Origin: Octopus vulgaris
Lineage: Eukaryota
Assembly: GCA_951406725.2 (NCBI GenBank)
Contig: OX597838.1
Span: 36,518,001 to 36,582,000 of the forward strand
Direction: 5' to 3'
Length of the DNA: 64,000 nt
Position 1 is the stretch's first letter. The number at the start of each line of letters is the position of its first letter. The translations under genes and the position numbers were made by a program. The notes below the pieces were generated by a model, which saw nothing but the letters and a program-made list of their open reading frames with translations, was not told the origin of the DNA and did not search any database. Positions 10,815-22,413 of this stretch are shown here, piece after piece.

Positions 10815-11190
10815 TACTCTTTTATATGTTTCAGTCATTTGACTACGGCCATGCTGGAGCACCGCCTTTAGTCGAGCAACTCGACCCGGGACTTATTCTT
10901 TTTGTAAGCCCAGTACTTATTCTATCGGTCTCTTTTGCCGAACCGCTAAGTAACGGGGACATAAACACACCAGCATCGGTTGTAAAGCAATGCTAGGGGG
11001 ACAAACACAGACACACAAACATATACACACACACATACATATATATATATATACATATATACGACGGGCTTCTTTCAGTTTCCGTCTACCAATAGTAGAA
11101 GACACTTGTCCAAGGTGCCACGCAGTGGGACTGAACCCAGAACCATGTGGTTGGTAAACAAGCTACTTACCCTAGAGCCACTCCTGCGCC
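10815..11190 (-). mobile_element. SINE family A with an internal deletion
   Basis: Consensus match, lacking the ccactcacaagg..cccg segment. Confidence 0.9.
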
Positions 11191-11837
11191 TATTATACGT
11201 TATTTTATTTATTTTTTCGTTAATAGTCGATAGAAGTTAGTGACCCAAGGGCCGAGAGTTCGTGCGTTGGCCCATAAGAATCTGGTTTCAAATGAAGAGG
11301 CCACACATTTATTTGGTTGTCGGTAACGAACGAGTTTCTTGGCACGCACGTGTGTGACTTAACAAGTTTCCAGCTTGTCTAAACTTGAGGCCTGTCATTG
11401 CAAGCCCGTCATCGAAGCAGATTTTGTTGCACATTCAATACTTTCGAGCTGTGTGACATTGTGTGACGTGCTTCGTGGTGGTAGGAACAAAAAAAAAAAA
11501 AAAGAGCGAGAGAGAAAAAAACCCCAAAAAACAAAAGCATGCAGAACAGACTTTAAAGAACCCGAAATAAATAAACACGCAATTGAGGAATATGTTATTA
11601 CACACGCATATTTAACACGCACGTACGCACACATACACACAGACACACTCATACAAACGGGATATACGTAACCGAACGTATAGAACATACATGTATATGT
11701 ATTTGTGTGTGTGTGTTTATATACACACGTACGTGCGTAAATATATATACTATATATAATGCGTGTTTTATATATATATATGTATGTATGCATATATATA
11801 TATATGTATGTTTATATTTATATACACACACACACAT

Positions 11838-11872
<35 letters not shown>

Positions 11873-11939
11873 ACAATTTGAACGTGTTTGATTATATACA
11901 TGAAACAACTACGCGCATTTGAAGATTTACATATACACG

Positions 11940-12113
11940 TCTGTCGCTACGTTCTGAGTTCAAATTCCGCCGAGGTCGACTTTGCCTTTCATCCTTCCGA
12001 GGGTCGATAAATTATGTACCAGTTACGCACTGGGGTCGATATAATCGACTTAATCCCTTTGTCTGTCCTTGTCTGTCCCCGCTGTTTAGTCCCTTGTGGG
12101 TAGTAAAGAAATA
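11940..12113 (+). mobile_element. SINE family B, 5'-truncated
   Basis: gttctgagttcaaattccgccgaggtcgac...cccttgtgggtagtaaagaaat. Confidence 0.85.
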
Positions 12114-12165
12114 GATATATACTTGCGCATAATATATATATATATATATATATGTGTGTATGTGT

Positions 12166-12213
<48 letters not shown>

Positions 12214-12301
12214 GTATGTATGCATACACACACACATATAACAATTTGAACGTATGCTGGAATATATATATATACATAAAACAACTACGCTCATTTCAAG
12301 G

Positions 12302-12334
<33 letters not shown>

Positions 12335-12584
12335 ATGTATCCTATATATATATGTAAAACATCCCATCTGTATCTGAACGCATGTTTTTGTATATATACG
12401 TTCCTGCACGTGTAACGCTCACTCACATACACGGCTTCGAGTTTTCCTCCATTTTTCTCATTCGTGAATTAGACTCGTCTTTATTTACGACTTCCATAGA
12501 CATGTATAAGAGTTTAATTTGTATGTATATATATATATATGTTAGTCTCTCTCTTTCTGTCTTTACCATTTCTTTATACACACA

Positions 12585-12679
<95 letters not shown>

Positions 12680-12684
12680 CCTGT

Positions 12685-12729
<45 letters not shown>

Positions 12730-12747
12730 CACTTCATATTGACATTT

Positions 12748-12945
12748 CTGTGATTACGATCCCTATTGATCAACTTTTTTTCCTCTCCCCTTTTCTTTTT
12801 TTTCCCTCCCCCCCTTTTTTGTCCTCTTTCTTTTTACGATCCCTTTTGATCGAAAACCAACCCTCTTTTTTTTACCCCCAAAAGAAAAGCTCTACCTTGT
12901 AATTTGTTCTGTCTGTGTGCAGCCTTGTGTGGCTAATAAAGAAAC
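12748..12945 (+). mobile_element. Putative LINE 3' end stub 1
   Basis: cccttttgatcg repeats, aagaaaagctct, ccttgtgtggctAATAAAgaaa, then (TATC)n. Confidence 0.55.
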
Positions 12946-13000
12946 ATATCTATCTATCTATCTATCTATCTATCTGTCTATCTCTCTCTCTATTTATCTG

Positions 13001-13037
<37 letters not shown>

Positions 13038-13044
13038 CTATTCT

Positions 13045-13200
13045 TCTGTGATACACGTTCCCTTTTGATCGATTCCTTTTGATCGGAATTTTACATTTGT
13101 TCCCTTTTTTGCCCTTTTTCTTTTTCATTTTCTCTACAAGAAAAGCTCTTCATTTTTATTTGTCCCCTCTGTGGTCAACCCTTTGTGGCCAATAAAGAAA
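13045..13200 (+). mobile_element. Putative LINE 3' end stub 2
   Basis: Same architecture as stub 1; tttgtcccctctgtggtcaaccctttgtggccAATAAAgaaa, then (TATC)n. Confidence 0.55.
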
Positions 13201-13201
13201 G

Positions 13202-13240
<39 letters not shown>

Positions 13241-13463
13241 CCTATCTATCTATGTGTCTGTCTGTCTGTCTGTTTGTCTATCTTATTTGTCCGTTTAGCT
13301 GTCTGTCTATCGGTCTGTTTGTCTCAGTGTATCTATCTACATGTCTACGAGTCTATCCGTCTATCTAACTCACACTCTCTTTCTCTCCTCCTCTCCCTCT
13401 TTTATTTATTGACTGATCCGTTCATCATTCCTACTTGCTCACTCTCTCTCTCTCTCTCTCTCT

Positions 13464-13830
13464 GTCGGCCTTTCCCTCTCCCTCTCTCTATCGGCCTTTC
13501 CCTCTCCCCTCTCTCTATCGGCCTTTCCCTCTCCCCTCTCTCTATCGGCCTTTCCCTCTCCCCTCTCTCTATCGGCCTTTCCCTCTCCCCTCTCTCTCGG
13601 CCTTTCCCTCTCCCCTCTCTCTCTCTGTTGGCCTTTCCCTCCCCCTCTCTCTCTCTCTCGGCCTTTTCCTCTCCCTCTCCCCCTCTCTCTCTGTCGACCT
13701 TTCCCCTCTCCCTCTCACCCTTTCCCTCTCCCCCTCTCTCTGTCGGCCTTTCCCTCCCCCTTCTCTCGGCCTTTCCCTCCCCCTTCTCTCGGCCTTTCCC
13801 TCTCCCTACTCTCGGCCTTTCCCTCTCCCT
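13464..13830 (+). repeat. About 27-bp minisatellite (tcggcctttccctctcccctctctcta), possibly in the LINE 5' UTR
   Basis: More than a dozen tcggcctttccctc units directly upstream of the LINE ORF1. Confidence 0.85.
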
Positions 13831-14023
13831 ACCTATCTCTCTCTCCCTCTCTCTCTTCTTTTGGTCGGTCGTGTTATTCTTTGCTCCGCAGTGAAAGATT
13901 GTTTTTGTGCTGAAAATTGTGAAAATTTGCTGTTTTGGTCGTCGAGACCCTTTCTTTTCTACTGTTGCAGCAGAGTTTTGCTGTTCTTTCCCCCTTGAAA
14001 CAAGGGGGGAAGCGACGATAAAC

Positions 14024-15991
14024 ATGAATTTGCCACCAATTTCTTCCGAGTCCGAGGAAAACTTTGAAAATTTGTTTGAAGGCAGAGAGAGACGAAAATG
14101 TGGGAGGAGGAAGGTAAAAGTAGAGAGACGAAAATGTGGGAGGAGGAAGGTAAAAGTAGAGAGACGTTTCACGCGCGCGTTACAAAAGCAGACGACAAGA
14201 TGTCTGGCGAGGCTTATTCCACAAGAGGAAAAGTCAAAAATAAATTTTGCGAGTGCAGCAACTCGCCCTTGTGATAATTAACAAGGAAGATTTGAAGAAA
14301 TACCAAGGTTTACTAAGAAAAGAAGGTGATAATGTGAAGTTGCTCCCTCCCAGTGAATTAATTTACGCGACGGAGAGAAAGATGGTAATATACAAAACAT
14401 ATACTCTTTTACTTGTTTCAGTCATTTGACTGCGGCCATGCTGGAGCACCGCCTTTAGTCGAGCAAATCGACCCCGGGACTTATTCTTTGTAAGCCCAGT
14501 GCTTATTCTATCGGTCTCTTTTGCCGAACCGCTAAGTGACGGGGACGTAAACACACCAGCATCGGTTGTCAAGCAATGCTAGGGGGACAAACACAGACAC
14601 ACAAACACACACACATACATATACATATATACGACAGGCTTCTTTCAGTTTCCGTCTACCAAATCCACTCACAAGGCTTTGGTCGGCCCGGGGCTATAGC
14701 AGAAGACACTTGCCCAAGATGCCACACAGTGGGACTGAACCCGGAACCATGTGGTTGGTTAGCAAGCTACTTACCACACAGCCACTCCTGCGCCTATATA
14801 ATGTGAAAAATAAAAAAAAATCGACTTTGTACCGAGGGAAGCGATAGAAAAATGCTTGAGGCCGATATGGCAACAAACAGGCTACATAACGAGGGGTAGT
14901 CGCTTTGGCACTGTAGAGGTACGTTTCCCTAGCGAAGAAAAAGCTAGGGAACATTCAACAAGGACATTGAAGTCGGAAGAAGTAGTTCTCCTGCCGACTT
15001 ACTTAAGAAAGAGAACTTCAAAAATCCCGGTCACGGCCTGGGTGATAGCCGCTATTCTCATAGGCAAAGAAGAAGAAAGTTCAATTCTTCAATCTAAGAG
15101 ATACCACCACATGAACTGGGTTGGACAAGATTTAGAGCTTGTCATCCAAGCAAACCCCTCAGACTTAGAAAAATTGCCCAGTTCCCTTACAATTGGAGAA
15201 AATACCAGCATGATGGTGGAAGTCGAGGGGAGAAAGCCCAGATGGTACAAATGTGGCGAGAAAGGCCACATAAGGTCGAGCTGTAAGAAGAAAACAGCCA
15301 AAGAAAACGCAGCAGAAGAGGCAAGCATGATGCCGAAGACAACGACCACACCGCTAGAAATAGCAGCCACGTCGCGCACCCCAATTGCCGAAGTACAGCC
15401 GACAGCGGGAGAAAACAACAACATCATCCTGGAGTGGGTCACCATGGAACCTTCAAAAAGAAGACGGAAACGGAAAAACCCACCCTCTTCGGATACACAG
15501 GACTATGCTCTGAGACAGACAAGCACACCCACACCCACAAATACAGTCGCAAACACACACGTAGCCAAAAAAACTCACACACTGGTAAAAGCACACACAA
15601 ATACACACACACATACAAACACCGACACTTCTACAAGCACACACACACTCCTCCACAATCGCCTAATATAAAAAAGAGAAACACCTTCACGGCGATAAAC
15701 AAAAATAATAAACTATTAAGAGACAAAATTGTTTTAATGAAATCGGCGAAAAAATATATCTCAACAGATGTAAATAATACTATTCTTGAAAATGTTGAAT
15801 TTTATACTATAGACAAAACTGACTATTTTGAACCAAAAAAATCTTCTGCGGAGGACATCAGCCCGTTACAGATGAACTTTTTGAGCCATCTGTACAGGCA
15901 ATTCGTGAAAAAAATGACCTCGCAAACCACAACACTCACAGACAGAAAAGAGGACGATGAAACTACACACTCTCTCCCGTTAAAACAGTAA
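14024..15991 (+). pseudogene. Tx1/L1-like LINE ORF1 (gag-like), disrupted
   Basis: ATG at 14024 (MNLPPISSES...); frameshifts; SINE insertion at 14403-14795; degenerate zinc knuckle RWYKCGEKGHIRSSC preceded by VEVEGRKP. Confidence 0.8.
14403..14795 (-). mobile_element. SINE family A inserted in LINE ORF1
   Basis: Full consensus; the ORF1 reading ...VIYKTY resumes as NVKNKK after it. Confidence 0.92.
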
Positions 15992-16025
15992 GTTTTAAAC
16001 ATTCGACTAATTTTTCACATTCTCG

Positions 16026-16607
16026 TTTAAACTCGGTTGTTCAAATATTCGCGGCCTGGGATCATTTTGGAAGCAAGGCTATCTCCTCAACGACCTTGGG
16101 TCGCATCGTTTGGATGTAGTTGTAATTACCGAATCCAGACTGAGTGGGCTGCAGTCTTTTTTGCCCCTTCTAAACGGCTACGAGAAATATGTTTCTCCCT
16201 GTCGACCGGGAGGGGGCGGAGGAGTGGCAGTGCTGGTCAGAAAAAACCTGGATTTAGAGATTAGAACTGTCTTTATAGATCTGGAAGGCAGGTTGGTTGT
16301 TTTGGATGTGATGCACAGCAGTGGTAAAGTGTCCAGGCTGGTCGCTGTCTATGCTCCCTGTGAAGGAAAAGCCGGGTAGAAAGATTACTTCAAAAGCCTA
16401 GAGAATTTTCTCGGCACGTCGAACACGTTAGTATTGCTAGGTGACTTCAACATAATTTGCGTTCGATAGGGTGGACCATCAGTATCTGGCGGCGGTCCTC
16501 GCGGAGGCTGGCTTTGGCCCAACCTTCTGTGGATGGATCAACCTTTTATACAGCAACATCGAATCGGTAGTTCCAGTGAATGGTTTCTTTTTGGAGCCAT
16601 TCCGCAT
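16026..16607 (+). pseudogene. Tx1/L1-like LINE ORF2: APE endonuclease N-part fused by deletion to an RT fragment
   Basis: CSNIRGL..DVVVITESRL..GGVAVLVRK..GRLVVLD..VAVYAP..LLGDFN (APE motifs), then AFDRVDHQYL..GFGPTFCGWINLLYS..VNG (RT) from 16459. Confidence 0.88.
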
Positions 16608-17070
16608 TGGCACCTTATGCAAGTGTCATCTACTATCATCTACTCAGCCTGACCAAAGCCTTGTGAGTGGATTTGGAAGATGGAAATTAAAAGAAGACCG
16701 TCTCATACATACATACATGCATGCATATACACACACACACATACACACATATATAAATATATATATATTCTGACTGCGGCCAAGCTGAAACCTCACCAGG
16801 ACTTATTCTTTGTAAGCCTAGTACTTATTCTATCGGTCTCTTTTATCGAACTGCTAAGTTATGGGGACGTAAACACATCAACATTGGTTGTCAAGTGATG
16901 GTGAGGGGACATACACATGCACACACACATACACGACGAGCTTCTTTCGGTTTCCGTCTACCAAATCCACTGACAAGGCTTTGGTCGGCCCAAATTGCCT
17001 TGCAGTAGTATTGAACCCAGAACCATGTGGTTGGTAAGCAAGCTTCATGCCACACAACCATGCCTGCACC
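16608..17070. mobile_element. SINE family A fragments (plus 16608-16700, minus 16770-17070)
   Basis: Consensus matches; they truncate the LINE. Confidence 0.75.
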
Positions 17071-17291
17071 TATATATATATTTATATAAAATTAATATAA
17101 ACAGCAGTTGACAGTGTTTCACCAAAAGGGAGAAATATAATTGTTACTAAATGTGACTAGGGTGTTAGGAAAAAACCTACATTGCTAGAAATAAGAGCTA
17201 AACTGCTCCAATGCTGTAGCTAACACACATGAATGTAAACATATATGCTAACAGGGACCATAACCATCTAAATAGTGCTGATTGAGAATTT

Positions 17292-17339
17292 TTAATACTG
17301 ACCATCAATTTCAGCAGTTTCCGTTGCTTCATCAGTTAA
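17292..17339 (-). ncRNA. Degenerate hammerhead-like motif
   Basis: CTGATGA agca-acggaaac-tgct GAAA ttgatg GTC; stem II has 4 bp but stem I is not in register. Confidence 0.3.
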
Positions 17340-17719
17340 GACCGATCGATTGTTCGGCTCTTTCTGGACCTGCTTTGCCATTAGTATTTATGCTTTCGAC
17401 ATCCAAATTATTGGATGATTTAATGATTCACTAATGTGTATGTATAAAATTAATATAAATAACAGTTTATATTTATATGTATGTGTGTGTTTGTGAGTGA
17501 GTGTCTTTGTATCTGTTTGTCCCCCATCACCACTTGACAACCGGTGTTGGTGTGGTTATGTCCCTGTAATTAGTGGTTTGGCAAAAGGGACTAGGCTTAA
17601 GAAACAGGTCCTGGGATCGATTTGTTTGACCAAAATGCCTTCAAAGTGGTGCTCCAGCATGGCTACAATAAAATGACTGAAACCAAAAAAAGAAAAAAAA
17701 CAAAGAAAAAATAAATCTG

Positions 17720-18195
17720 AAGTGATTTTAGTTAAAAGTTTCGGTTAAGACCTTCCATCAAAATTTCAAGTAAAATTCTGTTTTCAACCACAGATTAATA
17801 ACGACGAAGTTATTTCATTAAATACTTAATTAGTTTCAAAATTAATTGCAGCAAAAGCAGTGTATTTCAACAGAATTATGCTAACAAACGAGCTGCCATT
17901 TTGTTTGAATATCACAGCTTTTACCTGATTAGCTGTGGAGATGTTTAAACTTCGTTTTATATCATAAACTCCAAGCTTTAAAGTAATTTCAGTTAAAACT
18001 TACCACCAAAATTACATATTAAATTATATTTCAAACACCAGATTAATAATGACAAAGTTATTTCACTAAATTCTTTATTATTTTCAAAATTAAGTGGAGC
18101 AAATACAATGTATTTCAATAGAGACATACTAGCAAAGGAATTACCCTTTCGTTTGAATATCACAGCTTTTACCCGATTGGCAATGGAGTTGTTTA
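17720..18195. repeat. Diverged tandem duplication of about 250 bp overlapping the Tc1 3' end
   Basis: cagattaataa..aagttatttca..ttcaaaattaa..tgtatttcaa..gtttgaatatcacagcttttacc occurs twice. Confidence 0.7.
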
Positions 18196-18450
18196 TATTA
18201 TCAATTATAAACTGATCCATATTTGTCCATTCTTCAATCAATACTTCTTTCAGCTCTGTAACTGATGTAATTTCCGATGAGCTTGCTCGCAACCTCCTAT
18301 CAAGGTGTTGTCATGTATCATGTATACTCTATTGGATTAAAGTCAGCGCTTTCAATATCACATTTCGCAGATTTGATTTCGTGAGTTGTTTTCCAGCTAT
18401 GTGATATCTTGCTTGTTGCACCATTCGTCTCCATTGTCTTGAAAGAAATA
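18140..18450 (-). pseudogene. Tc1 transposase, C-terminal half (decayed)
   Basis: FQDN (18433-18444), SADFNPIE (18327-18350), ELKEVLIEEW..IDNINNSIANRVKAVI. Confidence 0.75.
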
Positions 18451-18544
18451 AATAAAAAAAAGAGAGATGAGAGGGTTGTGGGTAGATAGGTGGATGAGTG
18501 AATGAGTGCTTGTTTTATAGAGGTAATGAAATGAGCTGGTTCCT

Positions 18545-19140
18545 CCGCCAAGGTAGAATTTGCCTTTCACCTTTTTAAGGCAGCAAGCTGGCAGAATCGT
18601 TAGCAGGCCGGGTGAAATGTTTAGCGGTATTTCGTCTGCCGTTATGTTCTGAGTTCAAATTCCGCCGAGGTCGACTTTGCCTTTCATCCTTTCAGGGTCA
18701 ATTAAATAAGTACCAGTTACACACTGGGTTCGATGTAATCGACTTAATCTGTTTGTCTGTCCTTGTTTGTCCCCTCTGTGTTTAGCCCCTAGTAAAGAAA
18801 TAGGTATTTGGCCAGTGGCTACATTCTGAGTTCAAATTCCGCTGAGATAGACTTTGCCTTTCATCCTTTCGGGGGTCAATTAAATAAATACCAGTTACGC
18901 ACTGAGTTCGATGTAATCGACTTAATCTGTTTGTCCCCTCTGTGTTTAGCCCCTTGTGGGTAGTAAAGAAATAAGTATTCGGCCAGTGGCTACATTCTGA
19001 GTTCAAATTCCGCCGAGATAGACTTTGCCTTTCATCCTTTCGGGGGTCAATAAAACAAGTACCAGTTGAACACTGGAGTCGGTGGAATCGACTCAACTCC
19101 TGCCCCAAAATGGCTGCCCATGTGGCAACATTTGAAACCA
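18545..19140 (+). mobile_element. SINE family B multimer (one head plus two extra head-less units)
   Basis: Units joined at aagaaataggtatt (about 18796) and aagaaataagtatt (about 18966); the last unit has the alternative tail. Confidence 0.85.
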
Positions 19141-19149
19141 TTGTGGCAA

Positions 19150-19815
19150 GAGAAAAGACAGGGGGACAACACAGCACATGTAGACCAAAGAATTGGAATG
19201 CATGTGTCTGTTGACGATGAAATGCCAATTGGCCCTTAACTGGATGCTGTCCAGGATGGCTTTCTTATTAATTCTCACATTGAAAATAGAAGGGAAAAAG
19301 TAGTGGATCCCTTTTCAAGTATTTGCTAGGAGTTTGGGCAATTCAACCATCTTCCTTCACACACTATTGCTGGGAGGGCTGTGGAGTACAGTCATCAGGA
19401 ATCTTCTCCCTAGGGTCCTCCTACTGGAAACAATCGTCATTATCCTTTCTGGGTTGACAATCATAGACAGGCACACCTAGGCAGGAAGGGAATATTGCAT
19501 GCGAACATTTTCTCAGAAACTAAATCTTGGGCCACACAAACTGATTCACACTAATAATACTCAAGGGAGAGTAGATCTAAAAATTCAAGCCACTCTGGTG
19601 ACCCTTGTGCATCTTATTGCAAGTGTAACTTATCTCAGAAGTATTTCATGGACGAAAGTACACTTGAGCAGCACAAAACTACAAACAAACCGCAAATGTT
19701 CAAGTGCATGTTTTGTGACAAGGCCTTCGAGATTGAATGTTTTGTCAACCAGTATCTTCAGAGCACTCATTTGTCATTTGCTCTTTATAACAAAGCTATA
19801 CAAAAGCAAAACCTA
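19150..19815 (+). pseudogene. C2H2 zinc-finger gene fragment, decayed
   Basis: Three fingers with correct 12-residue spacing but mutated ligands: REYCMRTFSQKLNLGPHKLIHT, CNLSQKYFMDESTLEQHKTTN, CMFCDKAFEIECFVNQYLQSTH; upstream frame has TAA/TAG stops. Confidence 0.7.
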
Positions 19816-20275
19816 ACAGAAGCAATCACCACTTTCCGGTCAAATTTCCAAGCATGACTAAATGTGACTGTGGATGTCATCAAACTATCTTGTTCATCTA
19901 CTGCTTGGTCTCTGGCCAGTCATAGGGTAGAGTCCTCAGGCACATCCTCCACAGGGTCCTATCAAAAGCAATCACCATTTCATTTTGTGGCTGGATTCCC
20001 AAGCATGACCAACTGAGACTATGGGCATTATCCGACTGTCTCACTCTTGGCCTACCCCTAGGTCTCCTGCCAGTCATAGGGTAGAGTCCTCAGGCACCTC
20101 CTCCAAAGGGTCCTATCTGAAGTAACTGTCATTACACTTTCAGGCTGGACTCCCAAGTGCAACCAACTAAGACTATGGATATCATCATACCATATCTTTC
20201 TTGGTCTACCGCTAGTTGGCTTGGCTTGAAGAATATGTCTTGCAATTCTTTCCTATGACATTCTAATCACAGTCC
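19815..20275 (-). mobile_element. Tandem array (about 154-bp period, about 3 units) of an RTE-like LINE 3' end
   Basis: A unit translates RPRGRPRVRQSDNAHSLSWSCLGIQPQNEMVIAFDRTLWR, the GRPxxRWxD...AxDRxxWR C-terminal motif of RTE-clade ORFs. Confidence 0.7.
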
Positions 20276-20630
20276 ATGTTTTGGGCCCTTTCAACAAAAT
20301 AAGCTCTGATCTGTCTGTCTATCACCCAAACTTCCCTCCATGCACTAACTGCCTCATATTAGATTTTTCCATACAAACAAACTATATCCAATGCCTCAGT
20401 TATGTTGCATCACATTCACATATATCTGCCTTAAAGTGGGAAAATTGGCAGAATTTGCTTTCGTCAGACCACATTATTGATAACCAAAACTCATCTTCTT
20501 TGTTGCATAACTCTTTAGCCAAGTTACACCTTTTGGTCTTCTTAGCTTTTTAAATTATTAGCTTCTTTCACACAACTCTTAGCTCGTATCCAAGATCTTT
20601 CATGACTGTTCTAATGCAATATGGTGATAT
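20275..20630 (-). pseudogene. Tc1 transposase, N-terminal/central part (decayed)
   Basis: MKDLGYELRVV*KKLII*KAKKTKRCNLAKELCNKEDEFWLSIMWSDESKF; WSDESKF at 20451-20471 carries the first catalytic D. Confidence 0.8.
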
Positions 20631-20639
20631 ATCCATTAA

Positions 20640-20662
20640 CACACACACACACATGCACACAT

Positions 20663-20702
<40 letters not shown>

Positions 20703-20818
20703 ACAGACACACACACACACTCAAACACACACTCACACACACACATGCACACACACACACACACACACACACATGCACACACACATGCACACACACACGC
20801 ACACACACACACACACAT

Positions 20819-20879
<61 letters not shown>

Positions 20880-20880
20880 T
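20640..20880. repeat. (CA)n microsatellite
   Basis: Seen directly. Confidence 0.95.
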
Positions 20881-21034
20881 TATTTCTGAGCAATATTTAT
20901 TTAATTCCTATTACAGTTAGTGCCAGCTGAAGACATTTTCATTTCCAAATAGAAAACCCTCTCAACCTTCAAAAAGGAAAAAGAAAGAAATTGCAGAAAA
21001 GCTAGATTATCTTCTGTTGAGGCAGATTAATTCT

Positions 21035-21210
21035 GTGTGTGTGTGTGTGGGATGGATTTCTTTCAGTTTCTGTCTACCAAATCCACTTGTAAAGCTTTGG
21101 TTGGCCCGAAGCTATAGTAAAAGACAACTGCCCAGGATGCTATGCAGTGGGACTGAACCTGGAACCATGTGGTTGGAAAGTAAGCTACTCACTACGCAGC
21201 CACTCCTGTG

Positions 21211-21246
<36 letters not shown>

Positions 21247-21530
21247 TATGCATAATTGACTGCACACTTTAGCACAAGTGTATATAGAGCACTTTAAGGT
21301 TGATGTATATACACCCCTCCACTACCTGCTCTCATTCTATCATTTGAATATACACACTGCGATGCATATATATACGACTGTGTTATTGAGTCCAAATATA
21401 CACACACACACACATGAAACACACACTCACACACACACACAGACATATACACATAGGTATGTTGGTGCAAACAGGACTCTGTCACTTCTTCTAAATATTA
21501 ACATAAATATATTTTTGTACATATATATAT
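21035..21530. repeat. Left arm of an inverted duplication of about 500 bp (partner 23180-23700)
   Basis: SINE A 5' half plus unique sequence gcataattgactgcacactttagcacaagtg...gtcacttcttctaaatattaacataaat, reverse-complemented at 23180-23700. Confidence 0.9.
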
Positions 21531-21585
<55 letters not shown>

Positions 21586-21997
21586 TATGTATTGCTATTT
21601 TATATAATGAACATATGCACACATACATATGCATACCCACATAACTCGATATATTTGTAGTAAGTAGGACGGTAATTTTTCGGAGAGCAATATATATGTG
21701 CCGGTTTCAAATCCCTGTGGGGAGGACTTCGCTTTCCTTGCTAATGCATTTGGGAAACTCTCTCTCTGTCTATCTGTCTGTCTGTCTGTCTCATATTCTC
21801 ACACACTGATGCACTCCAGTGTTTGCAATGTGATTTCTTTCCATTCGCATACCAATCTACTTAGCTATATCTTATAAATTATTTGGTCGATACACAGATA
21901 GATAGATAGATTGGCAGAAATGTAGATAGATAGACTGGTAAGATTTGACCTTAGAATGTAAAGGGCAGTAGATAAATACATAATGCAAGGTCTCAGT

Positions 21998-22375
21998 ACA
22001 GGCGTGGCTGTGTGGTAAGAAGCTTGCTTCCCAACCACATGGTTCTAGGTTCAGTCCCACTGCATGGCACCTTGGCCATGTGTGATTTGTTATACCCTCG
22101 GGCTGGCCAAAGCTTTCTACAAAAGTGTATTTGGTAGACAGAAACTGAAAGAAGCCTGTTTTCTGTATACCCAATACCTATTAAACTGTCCAATCCATGC
22201 CAGCATGGGAAATGGATGCTAACTGATGATGATGATGATGATGATGATACCAACCACATGGTTCTGGGTTCAGTCCCACTGCGTCGCATCTTGGGCAAGT
22301 GTCTTCTACTATAGCCTCGGGCTGACCAAAGCCTTGTGAGTGGATTTGGTAGACGGAAACTGGAAGAAGCCTGTC

Positions 22376-22413
<38 letters not shown>

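Larger units (their letters stand above)
12585..13260. repeat. (TATC)n/(TC)n microsatellite field containing two LINE-like 3' stubs
   Basis: TATC runs at about 12586, 12948, 13020 and 13203. Confidence 0.9.

Noticed and set aside
13402-14172. 256-aa R/E/G-rich minus-strand ORF
   Set aside because: Antisense reading of the 27-bp CT-rich minisatellite and the LINE 5' region.
14566-14847. Recurrent RQASFSFRLPNPLTRLWSARGY peptides
   Set aside because: Antisense translation of SINE family A, repeated wherever the SINE occurs.
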